Part shown: in pieces, positions 10,054-17,636 of the stretch
How the letters are laid out: the number at the start of each line of letters is the position of its first letter
Position numbering within the stretch: the stretch's first letter is position 1
Virus record (IMG/VR): IMGVR_UViG_3300030613_000010
Span: 4,353 to 68,352 of that record
Length of the DNA: 64,000 nucleotides
Reading direction: 5' to 3' (one strand)
Source: a virus
Taxonomy: Duplodnaviria; Caudoviricetes
Program-made: the position numbers and the translations under genes
Notes under the pieces: generated by a model
Told to the model about the DNA's origin: nothing
Databases searched by the model: none
Seen by the model: the letters and a program-made list of their open reading frames with translations, nothing else

Positions 10054-10665
10054 TTAAGCCGGGGTAGCGGCGACTCCCTGGCACTTGCACCTACCGGCCC
10101 GACAGACCGGACCCATGCCTGACTCATGCACGACCGCTTGCTTGCCGCAGCAGGAGCAGATCATCAGGTTCTGGAGGACGGCGGCGGAGAACTGCTCCTG
10201 GATCGCTTCCCAGGTGGTCTCTTCGTTTTCGAGTCGGGCGAGTGCGCCCTTGAGTCTGGCGTCGTGGCCGGGAGCCCAAGTCTTCTTGGTGACCACACCA
10301 CAACCGCATGCACAGAGCCGTTCCGCCTGTAGGTCCTCCATCGTGGCCTGAGCGGCGTTGAGGCGCTCGTTGATCGCCTCCAACCGCCGGCGCTTCCCAG
10401 CCACGGCCCGGCCGTCAGCGCCATTCTGCTCCAGTTCCACGAGTTCCTGTTCGGTTGCCTCCTTCTCGATCTCCAACTGCCGGATGTTGTTCTCCAGAGT
10501 CATCTTTTGGACTCCTTTCTTGGGCAAGTGTTTTACTGCCCTCTTTGCGCACCGCTGGCAGAGAAGACCCCGCCCCGGTACCTCCAGCATGCTCATTGAG
10601 GCATGATAAGCTCCACATGCTGCACAGGTGATCATTGCTTCTCTTCCCTCTCCGCATTGTCTCAT
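10054..10665 (-). CDS. hypothetical protein with Cys clusters and coiled coil
   Basis: CACGCG...WAPGHDARLK motif, seen in other phage proteins. Confidence 0.6.
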   Translation of the reverse strand: MRQCGEGREAMITCAACGAYHASMSMLEVPGRGLLCQRCAKRAVKHLPKKGVQKMTLENNIRQLEIEKEATEQELVELEQNGADGRAVAGKRRRLEAINERLNAAQATMEDLQAERLCACGCGVVTKKTWAPGHDARLKGALARLENEETTWEAIQEQFSAAVLQNLMICSCCGKQAVVHESGMGPVCRAGRCKCQGVAATPA

Positions 10666-10679
10666 CCATCACCTCCTTA

Positions 10680-10709
10680 AGTAAAGCACAGCCGTGACTC
10701 TCTGTCAAG
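10680..10709 (-). promoter_or_regulatory. sigma70-type promoter with CTTGAC-N5-GTCACG near-palindrome
   Basis: Minus strand TTGACA (10708-10703), 17 bp, TTTACT. Confidence 0.55.
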
Positions 10710-10872
10710 TATCCCTCTCTGAGAGTTTCCGGCCCTGGCCCCTGAGCTGAGAGCCTACTGACGGGATTCTGGTCTCGGCTCCTGTGACCGCGCAAGGGGT
10801 TTCGCGCCGCGTCTCAGGTCACCTTCCCTGCCCACTTGCCTTCGACTTCCTCAGCCCAGGGGCGAGCGCCGA

Positions 10873-11001
10873 CTAGCTGCCATGTTTGGTTACGATACCG
10901 CATCGGGTACAAGTGATTTGCAGCGATGTAGACGTGAGTTTGATCTCCTGTCGTGCCGGAAATTGACAGTGTGGGCATCGCCATGTTGCCGTCTTGATCA
11001 T
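10873..11001 (-). CDS. 42 aa Zn-ribbon protein (not in ORF track)
   Basis: MIKTATWRCPHC...CTRCG; SD GGCAGGAGG. Confidence 0.6.
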   Translation of the reverse strand: MIKTATWRCPHCQFPARQEIKLTSTSLQITCTRCGIVTKHGS

Positions 11002-11066
11002 CTCACCCTCCTGCCTCTTCACCCGCCCCCGAACATCAGGGGCGCGTCGAGCGGCAGGAGCCGCCC
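11002..11066 (-). repeat. repeated intergenic leader element, copy B
   Basis: GGCGGCTCCTGCCGC..GACGC.CCCC..GGGGGCGGGTGA..AGGCAGGAG, closely similar to 11549-11614. Confidence 0.8.
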
Positions 11067-11074
11067 GGGGGGTG

Positions 11075-11296
11075 CTAGGACAAGTGCCAAATGCCGGTTG
11101 CCAGGTTGTCGTGATCTCCGAAGATGGCTGGCACCGTCTCGTGGATTGTGCCGTCCTCGTATAGGCGGAAGTTTATCGTGTGGCCCTCCCGCTTGCCGTA
11201 TGGCGTCCAGTCATCAAGCGCCACTGGACCACCGTAGGTCTCTACCTGTGAGAACCCTGCTTGCTTGGCTGCTTGTACTGCCTCATCTCGTGTCAT
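11075..11296 (-). CDS. small hypothetical early protein
   Basis: 73 aa; SD GCAGGAGGGG. Confidence 0.7.
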   Translation of the reverse strand: MTRDEAVQAAKQAGFSQVETYGGPVALDDWTPYGKREGHTINFRLYEDGTIHETVPAIFGDHDNLATGIWHLS

Positions 11297-11363
11297 CGTA
11301 TCCCCTCCTGCTTCTTCCCATGCCCGCTGCGGTCAGTGGGCATGGCAGGCGGCGGGAGCCGCC
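11297..11363 (-). repeat. repeated intergenic leader element, copy C (diverged)
   Basis: GGCGGC-TCCC-GCCGCC hairpin, second hairpin CCATGCCC/GGGCATGG, then the SD. Confidence 0.65.
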
Positions 11364-11371
11364 CGTAGGGG

Positions 11372-11548
11372 CTAGTAGTCGCTCTCCTTCTCGCCCATGT
11401 CGCGGGCGATCTTCTTGAGTTCCTTCGCGATCTCGTCGGCGTCGCTGAACGGGTTATAGTTGTTGGTCGCCATGTAGATCGCGCCCTTATAGCCCCGCGC
11501 CGCCTTTTGGAGATGTTTCGCAAAGTCTTTGGCTGTCTGTGCCTTCAT
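11372..11548 (-). CDS. 58 aa hypothetical early protein (not in ORF track)
   Basis: MKAQTAKDFAKHL...EKESDY*; SD GGCAGGAGAAGG. Confidence 0.65.
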   Translation of the reverse strand: MKAQTAKDFAKHLQKAARGYKGAIYMATNNYNPFSDADEIAKELKKIARDMGEKESDY

Positions 11549-11614
11549 CGTCCTTCTCCTGCCTGCTCACCCGCCCCCTGCCTTCAAGGGGTGCGTCAGG
11601 CGGCAGGAGCCGCC
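11549..11614 (-). repeat. repeated intergenic leader element, copy A
   Basis: GGCGGC-TCCT-GCCGCC hairpin directly at the upstream stop codon, second C/G-rich hairpin, SD. Confidence 0.8.
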
Positions 11615-11838
11615 TATCGAACCTCCTCGAATCCCTGTTCCGCCAGAATCTCCCGGAGTTTTTCCAGGGAGGGCGCGACCCGGTAGCGCTTCCACCCGTC
11701 CGACCAGCGACCCAGTCCTTTGGAGACGTAGGTCATCCGCCGGATGAGCCAGCCGTCCTCTTTGAGAGCGAAATCAATCGCCCCGCCGCCGGGCCTGTCC
11801 TTATGCCACCGGGCAATTGGGGTTCCGAGTTTGGCCAT
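11614..11838 (-). CDS. small hypothetical early protein
   Basis: Start MAKLGT at 11838 with SD GGAAGGAG. Confidence 0.65.
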   Translation of the reverse strand: MAKLGTPIARWHKDRPGGGAIDFALKEDGWLIRRMTYVSKGLGRWSDGWKRYRVAPSLEKLREILAEQGFEEVR

Positions 11839-11857
11839 CTTCAGGACTCCTTCCCCG

Positions 11858-12133
11858 CTATCGATTCGGGTAATCCGGGTGACTGCCGACGGTTGGATCG
11901 GATTCTCCTTCTGGTTCTGGAATTTCACCCGCCAGCCATTGCTCCACAGCACCCTGGCCGGTGATTCCAGTCTCCAACGCCCATTGGGTCAGCTCGTCCA
12001 CCACCTCTCCGAGGTCCCCCTCGTCCAGCCCTTCGCGGTCGAGCGCCGCGTGAACGTCCTCGCTGCTGGCGGACTCCAGAGCGACCTGTACCTGCTCGAT
12101 CATCTCAGTGACCTGCTTGCTGGTTCGTTCCAT
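11858..12133 (-). CDS. acidic small hypothetical early protein
   Basis: 91 aa; SD GAAGGAG directly 3' of hammerhead 2. Confidence 0.7.
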   Translation of the reverse strand: MERTSKQVTEMIEQVQVALESASSEDVHAALDREGLDEGDLGEVVDELTQWALETGITGQGAVEQWLAGEIPEPEGESDPTVGSHPDYPNR

Positions 12134-12145
12134 CGTTCTCTCCTT

Positions 12146-12208
12146 CGGCCTGTCTCATCAGCAGCGAGCGGCCATTCTCGCTGGACCGCTCTTGCGAGCG
12201 GTTTCGAC
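12146..12208 (-). ncRNA. hammerhead ribozyme, type II
   Basis: GTC-GAAA-CCGCTC-GCAA-GAGCGG-TC|CAGCGAG-aatggccg-CTCGCTG-CTGATGA-GAC-a-GGCC. All core nucleotides, a 7 bp stem I, a GNRA-capped stem III, a 3 bp stem II and a loop I/3' tail GGCC pseudoknot are present. Confidence 0.92.
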
Positions 12209-12209
12209 T

Positions 12210-12422
12210 TCAACCCGTCTTTGTTGCGGCGTCTGCCCGGCACTGTTCACATCCTCTCGGCCAGAAGTAGCCGTACTCCACCGCCGCATCGTGGACATGG
12301 CCCTCGATGCCCGATGTCGTGCGCTTCCCGCAACTACGACAGACCACTACTTCAACCTTTCCACTCCTGAAGGGTCGTCCTTTGACCATCTTCACTGCTC
12401 CTTTCCTTACACCATATTTCAT
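12210..12422 (-). CDS. 70 aa Zn-binding early protein flanked by two hammerheads
   Basis: CRSC...CEQC; SD GGGAG. Confidence 0.7.
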   Translation of the reverse strand: MKYGVRKGAVKMVKGRPFRSGKVEVVVCRSCGKRTTSGIEGHVHDAAVEYGYFWPRGCEQCRADAATKTG

Positions 12423-12436
12423 CTTCTTCTCCCTTT

Positions 12437-12553
12437 GGCGTTTCGCCCTTCTGGGGCTCTTCAGCAGGGCGGGGGTGGCGGCATTCGGCCGGAACCATCT
12501 CTGGTTTTACGACTTGAGCAGTCGCGCCATCCACCCCTCTATCCCTGGACGCC
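12437..12553 (-). ncRNA. hammerhead ribozyme, type III, with a large branched insertion in stem I
   Basis: GGCGTC|CAGGG...CCCTG-CTGAAGA-GCCC-cagaa-GGGC-GAAA-CGCC. The core is complete and stems I, II and III all pair. Confidence 0.88.
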
Positions 12554-12693
12554 TCGCCCCGGTATTCCGGGACTTCCAAGCCTGCGCCTTGCGCGGCATG
12601 TCGCTTGGCCTTCTTGTGTGTGGGCTTGTCGGCTCTCCGCCTGCCTGCCCCTGCGCTTCCTTTTTCTGTTTTCCTCTCCTCTCTTACATTACT

Positions 12694-12723
12694 ATTATAC
12701 CAGAACCTTGACTCCCTGTCAAG
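12694..12723 (-). promoter_or_regulatory. consensus sigma70 promoter with CTTGAC-N5-GTCAAG operator-like palindrome
   Basis: Minus strand TTGACA (12722-12717), 17 bp, TATAAT (12699-12694); perfect palindrome at 12707-12723. Confidence 0.9.
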
Positions 12724-12813
12724 TATTTCAGGGCCGGATGTGAAAAACGAAGGAACATTGGACATGCCGTTGACCCCTTCAATATGCTACCCGGCATGTT
12801 GAAGGCTCCAGGG

Positions 12814-12844
12814 CTTGACACCGAGTCTAGGGCTGTGCTATACT
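12814..12844 (+). promoter_or_regulatory. sigma70 promoter of the replication operon
   Basis: TTGACA (12815), 18 bp, TG-n-TATACT (12839); CTTGAC-N5-GTCTAG near-palindrome. Confidence 0.75.
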
Positions 12845-12851
12845 GAGAGGG

Positions 12852-13328
12852 ATGACAAGAGAGGTCTTCGAAGCGGTAGTGCCGGGAGAGCCGGAACCAG
12901 CCGGGTCGCCGAAGGTAATTAGCCTGGGAGGGAGACCGGCTATCCGCTGGCAGAAAGGACCCCGGTGGACGAACAGGGTAAGGTCGGTAATCTCGGAGCA
13001 GATACCCCTGAGTTCCCGGCCCTGGCTGGCAGGACCGGCAGCAGTAGTCTTAGAATTCCGCCTGCTGCGGCCCAAGAAGCCGATGTTCGAAGTCCCAGCC
13101 ACAAAGCCCGATATTGATAAGCTGGCCAGGGCCACCCTGGACGGGCTTTTCCTCCAGACCGGGAGACAGTGTTTACCCCTGGTTCTGGTGGATGACGCCC
13201 GAGTTGTCAAATTGGAAGTCTTGAAGACCTACACGGAGAACCCTCTCCTGACCGGCGTTACAATAAAGGTGGAGCCCTATGGCTGTGAAGACGTTGGACC
13301 TGAGAGCCTTCGAATCGTTCGGAGCTAG
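12852..13328 (+). CDS. rusA: RusA-family Holliday junction resolvase
   Basis: VPGEP, KPDIDKLARATLDGL, DDARVV..K.Y motifs. Confidence 0.88.
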   Translation: MTREVFEAVVPGEPEPAGSPKVISLGGRPAIRWQKGPRWTNRVRSVISEQIPLSSRPWLAGPAAVVLEFRLLRPKKPMFEVPATKPDIDKLARATLDGLFLQTGRQCLPLVLVDDARVVKLEVLKTYTENPLLTGVTIKVEPYGCEDVGPESLRIVRS

Positions 13329-13503
13329 GGCCGAACTTGCCCGGCGGTGCGGCTGTAGTATTTCTTATGTCAGCCTGCTCCTCCAGGGCAAAAGGACTCC
13401 TTCCCTTGCCATGAGTAGGAGATTAGCGGCGGCGCTAGGTATCGGCCTGGACGAGCTCAATGGATGGCTCGTCTCTTTGGCTCCTTCGCCCGACCGCTCA
13501 TGA
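13279..13503 (+). CDS. XRE/Cro-like helix-turn-helix regulator
   Basis: AELARRCGCSISYVSLLLQGKRTPSL...LAAALG. Confidence 0.85.
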   Translation: MAVKTLDLRAFESFGARAELARRCGCSISYVSLLLQGKRTPSLAMSRRLAAALGIGLDELNGWLVSLAPSPDRS

Positions 13504-15311
13504 TCCTCACCGATCCGCTCCAACTTCATTCCTATGTTGCCTCCGCCAGAGAACTCGGCGAATGCGCCTTCGACACAGAAACCACGGGGCTTAAGTCCTC
13601 GGAAGGAGCCCGTCTCTGTGGGTTTTCCCTTTATCACCCCAAACTCGGCGGCTTCTACGCCCCAGTAAGGCATCAAGGCCTCTTCGTTGAGAATGCCCCC
13701 GAATCCATCATCCAGGAATTGGCCCCCCTCTTCGACGGCTCCGTCCTGATCATCGGGCATAACCTCAGCTTCGACCTCCCTTTTCTTTCGGTCGAAGGGA
13801 TTGATCCCTACCGCGCCCCGGTCTGGGACACTCAATATGCGAGCTTTCTCTGGCGGAACGATTTAGACAGCTACGCTCTAAAGCCCCTGGCCATCACCCT
13901 ATTTAAGGACGAAGCTCTCCGGGCTGAAAAAGACCTACTAGACACCTGGCTGGTCGCCCACCCGAAGGCCAGCTACGACTTCGTGCCCCTGGAAGTCATC
14001 GGCCCTTACGCGGAGCGCGATGCCGAACTCGCTTGGCACTTGCGTGAGTACCTGCTCCCACGCATCCTTTCCATTGATCCCTGCTACGAAGGGCTGATCG
14101 ACGAAGAGATGCGTTGGGTAAAGCTTCTGGCTAAGATGTCTATGGAAGGATTGTTGGTTGACCTTGATCGGTTAAAAGAAATAGAACATTCTCACGAGCA
14201 ACGTTACATCGAAGTCTGCAAGGAACTATCCGAAGCCTACCGGCCCGGATTCAACCCAAATGCCCCAACCCAGGTCAAGCATCTGTGCGACTGGCTCAAA
14301 GTCCCCCTCGACGACTCCACGGAAGAAATCGAACTGGTCCTTCGCGCCGACGAATTCCCCATCCTCAACAAAGTTATCCTGGCCCGACAGCTTTCCAAGG
14401 TCCTCACCTCCTGGCTCCGACCTTATCGCCAATACGCACGGGCCGGGGGAGGAAGAGTGCATACCAGCTTTGGGTCTGCCGGGGGCCGAGCCGCTGCCGA
14501 CACTTGGGGATTCGCCCGGACGGGGCGGCTGCGGTCGAGAGACCCGAACCTCCAGGCGGTGCCAGCCTATGACGAAGATATTTATCGTGTCAAAGAAATC
14601 GTGGTGGCCCCAGAGGGTTGGAAACTGGTAAGCCTCGACTTCTCGCAAGCCGAGATACGGATAGTGGCCCACTACACCCAAGACCCGCGTCTTATTTCCG
14701 AGCTCAACGACCCAAATGGGGACGTCCATGGGGCTGTGGCAAAGGTTCTCGACATGCCACGGCGGGGGGCGAAGCGGGTAGTGTTCGGTGGCGGTATCTA
14801 CGGAGCCGGGGACATAACTCTGGCTGTCACCTTAACGCAGGAACTCAAACGACGGGTGAGTCCGGAGGAAGCTGCTGTCTGGCGGGCGACGTTCCACAGA
14901 CGATTTCCAAGGTTCCCCGACATGATGAGACGTGCGGAGAGGGCGGCAAAGCAGCGGGGCTACGTGAAGATTTGGTCGGGACAAAGATTCTGGTTCACTA
15001 ACGAAAAGTTATCCGACCCCCATAAGGCATTCAACACTCTGATCCAGGCCGGGGTTGCTTCGGTCGTCAAACGGGGTATGCTTGCGGTAGACGACTACAT
15101 TCAGGAACGCCGATTGCGGGCGCGTATTACCTTACAGATTCATGACGAAATACTGATCTTCCTCCCAGAAGCGGAACTCTGTCACATTCCTGAATTTGCC
15201 TCACTTTTAACTTCTCCCGGCCCGACGGACGGGTGGACCTGCCCACTCCGGGTAGAAGTAACAATCGGGGACCGCTGGAGCGAATTGAAAGAATGGGGAG
15301 TGGTTGCTTGA
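13500..15311 (+). CDS. family A DNA polymerase (3'-5' exonuclease plus polymerase; no 5'-3' exonuclease)
   Basis: FDTETTG, GHNLSFD, YAERDA; motif A LDFSQAEIR; motif B RRGAKRVVFGGGIYG; motif C IHDEI. Confidence 0.93.
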   Translation: MILTDPLQLHSYVASARELGECAFDTETTGLKSSEGARLCGFSLYHPKLGGFYAPVRHQGLFVENAPESIIQELAPLFDGSVLIIGHNLSFDLPFLSVEGIDPYRAPVWDTQYASFLWRNDLDSYALKPLAITLFKDEALRAEKDLLDTWLVAHPKASYDFVPLEVIGPYAERDAELAWHLREYLLPRILSIDPCYEGLIDEEMRWVKLLAKMSMEGLLVDLDRLKEIEHSHEQRYIEVCKELSEAYRPGFNPNAPTQVKHLCDWLKVPLDDSTEEIELVLRADEFPILNKVILARQLSKVLTSWLRPYRQYARAGGGRVHTSFGSAGGRAAADTWGFARTGRLRSRDPNLQAVPAYDEDIYRVKEIVVAPEGWKLVSLDFSQAEIRIVAHYTQDPRLISELNDPNGDVHGAVAKVLDMPRRGAKRVVFGGGIYGAGDITLAVTLTQELKRRVSPEEAAVWRATFHRRFPRFPDMMRRAERAAKQRGYVKIWSGQRFWFTNEKLSDPHKAFNTLIQAGVASVVKRGMLAVDDYIQERRLRARITLQIHDEILIFLPEAELCHIPEFASLLTSPGPTDGWTCPLRVEVTIGDRWSELKEWGVVA

Positions 15312-15503
15312 CCGATTTTGCTGTCGTAGTCGCCGACCCGCCTTGGGTTTATCCTCCCCCCACACGCGCCGGGGTACGGTACAGAAAAGCAGGACCGCAT
15401 CGAACGAGAATTGCCCGGTCCGTATCTTGAGTTATTCGCAAGGCGACAGCGGCCCGGATGGACCTGCTGGGGCAATGAATTAACCCCGAACGAAGGAGGG
15501 TAG
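15308..15503 (+). pseudogene. internally deleted, frameshifted MT-A70 methyltransferase remnant
   Basis: DFAVVVADPPWVY in one frame; DRIERELPGPYLELFARRQRPGWTCWGNEL in the +1 frame; most of the domain is missing relative to 17618-18157. Confidence 0.8.
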
Positions 15504-15511
15504 AGGCTTTT

Positions 15512-16582
15512 ATGGATTCAGAACCAGTTCGAATCATCATTGGGGGCCAGTACGGCTCGGAGGGCAAAGGCGCTGCGGTTGCGTATCTTACGGACGCGCA
15601 GCGCTGTCAAGCGCCCGTGGTTGTCCGAACCGGTGGGCCTCAAGCTGGCCATTCGCTCCGCTACAACGGCCAAACCTTCGCCATGCGTCAGGTCCCCGTG
15701 GCTTGGGGGAATGAAAAGGCAGACCTTTGTATTGGCCCCGGCGCACTCATCGACATAGAAGTGCTCAGGAATGAAATCGATTTCGTTGAGAAGGCCCTCT
15801 ACGGCGGTTCCGGCTCCCCTCGGAAGAACCGTCTTGTAGGGAGACTCTGGATCGATCCGAATGCCGCAATCGTGTCAGAGGAACACAAGCGCCGGGAAAG
15901 CGCCCTCGGCCTGTCCCAAAGCATCGGCTCGACAAAAGAGGGGGTCGGGGCCTGCCAGGCGGACCGGGTGATCAGGCAGGCGGAACTGGCCAAGGACTGG
16001 GCAGAGCTCCGACCGTACCTTGCCGATGTCCCAGACCTCCTCTGGGCAGAGCATAAGCGAGGTCGGCCGATCTTCGTCGAGTCCACTCAGGGATTCTTCC
16101 TCAGCCTAACGCGCAGCGGTTACTATCCGAATTGCACCTCCCGCGACATTACCCCGGCGGCCGTTCTCAACGACGCAGGCATTCCGACGACTTGGCCTCA
16201 TGAAATCATCATGGTTCTCCGCACTTACCCCATCCGCATCGCCGGGCCTTCGGGCCGGATGCCCAAAGAGATCACTTGGGAAGAGCTGGCTGAGCGAACC
16301 GGCGGGTACGTCAAGCCGGAATTGACGACGGTCACCAAGAAGACAAGAAGGGTCAGCGAGTGGGACTACGCCCTGGCCCGGACGGCTATCCGGCATTGCA
16401 CACCGACTGCGATCTGGCTGAGTTTCGCGGATTATTGGTGGCCCCACCTGGCCGGAGCGGATCGCCTGGATGACGAAGCCGAGGCACGGGTTGCCTTTCT
16501 GGAGCAAGACTTGGGGGTACCGATCAAATGGGTGAGCTTGGGATTCCAACAAGTGGTGGGGAGGCAACCCTCCATTGGGTAG
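15512..16582 (+). CDS. purZ: PurZ/PurZ0-like adenylosuccinate-synthetase homolog (2-aminoadenine pathway candidate)
   Basis: GGQYGSEGKG (Ser at the PurA catalytic Asp), GGPQAGHS, IGST..GVG, ESTQG, TSRD, RTYPIRIAG, ELTTVT...RR, LSFAD. Confidence 0.82.
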   Translation: MDSEPVRIIIGGQYGSEGKGAAVAYLTDAQRCQAPVVVRTGGPQAGHSLRYNGQTFAMRQVPVAWGNEKADLCIGPGALIDIEVLRNEIDFVEKALYGGSGSPRKNRLVGRLWIDPNAAIVSEEHKRRESALGLSQSIGSTKEGVGACQADRVIRQAELAKDWAELRPYLADVPDLLWAEHKRGRPIFVESTQGFFLSLTRSGYYPNCTSRDITPAAVLNDAGIPTTWPHEIIMVLRTYPIRIAGPSGRMPKEITWEELAERTGGYVKPELTTVTKKTRRVSEWDYALARTAIRHCTPTAIWLSFADYWWPHLAGADRLDDEAEARVAFLEQDLGVPIKWVSLGFQQVVGRQPSIG

Positions 16583-17636
16583 CTAATGACGAGAAAGTCA
16601 TCCTTTATCACGGTGACATGCAGAGCGTCTTGGCAGAACGCCCCGCTGACAGTGTTGACGCCATTGTAACAGACCCGCCATATGGCCTTCGGTTCATGGA
16701 CACCATCAAGGTGTGGGACCAGGGCACTCCCTGTATCCCTGTTTGGTTGGCTGCCTTCCGTGCTTTGAAACCGGGTGGTTTTTGTTGGTTATGGGTGGGA
16801 CGCGTACCCATCACCGTCTTTGGTGCGCTATCGAAGACGCAGGATTCGAGATACGGGACACGCTCGGCTGGTTCTACGGCTCCGGCTTCCCGAAGTCGCT
16901 GGACGTGAGCAAGGCGATAGACAAGGCGGCGGGGGCGGAGCGGGAGGTCGTCGGCCAGCACCCAGGCACAGGAAACAAAAGGATGTGCGGCAAAGAGGTC
17001 GGCAAAGGGTTTGGTCCAATTGTAAGGGTAACATTGCCCGCTACCGACGCATCCCGCCGGTGGGAAGGTTGGGGAAGTGCCCTTAAGCCCGCCTGGGAAC
17101 CCATCGTCCTGGCCCGCAAGCCGCTGTCGGAGCCAGGCATCGCCGCCAACGTGCTGAGGTGGGGCACCGGCGGGATTAACATCGGCAGGTGCCGAATAGG
17201 AACAGAACAGCGGTTTCTTCCCCCTGCTGGAAATGATGGTTTGTCCCCCACGTCCATTGCACCACAAAACATAAGTGGCTACTTAGGACATGCCGTTGTG
17301 GGCCGCTGGCCCGCGAACCTGGTGCTGGACGAAGAGGCAGCCGCCATGCTGGACGCCCAGAGCGGCAAATCCTCCCGTTTCTTCTACTGCGCCAAGGCAT
17401 CTCCTTCCGAGCGCAACGGTTCGAATCATCCCACAGTAAAACCGCTGGCCCTAATGAAGTGGTTAATAACACTCGTGACGCCACCAAATGGTATAGTACT
17501 CGATCCTTTCTGTGGCAGTGGGACAACGATAGAAGCAGCACGTATCTTGGGCTTTCGGGCCATCGGCATTGATACCCAAGCCGAATACTTAGAGGACACC
17601 AAGAAGAGATTGGCACGATGCAGCGTTTCTCCGTGA
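16528..17636 (+). pseudogene. beta-class N6A/N4C DNA methyltransferase split by a frameshift in a T5 run
   Basis: ILYHGD...IVTDPPY...LKPGGF in one frame; LLVMGGTRTHHR...GFPKS...HPTVKP...LDPFCGSGTT in the -1 frame; one extra T at 16779-16783 restores KPGGFLLVMGG. Confidence 0.8.

Noticed and set aside
10780-10830. Possible third hammerhead (CTGAGA...GAAAC...GGTC)
   Set aside because: N7 is missing, there is no G10.1-C11.1 pair and stem III is only 2 bp; kept only as an unexplained structured region.
11002-11614. Repeats considered as a CRISPR array or integron attC sites
   Set aside because: Only three imperfect copies, separated by whole genes; no cas or integrase gene and no RYYYAAC/GTTRRRY boxes.
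12352-12765. 137 aa minus-strand ORF
   Set aside because: Spans a consensus promoter and the hammerhead leader; better explained as non-coding.
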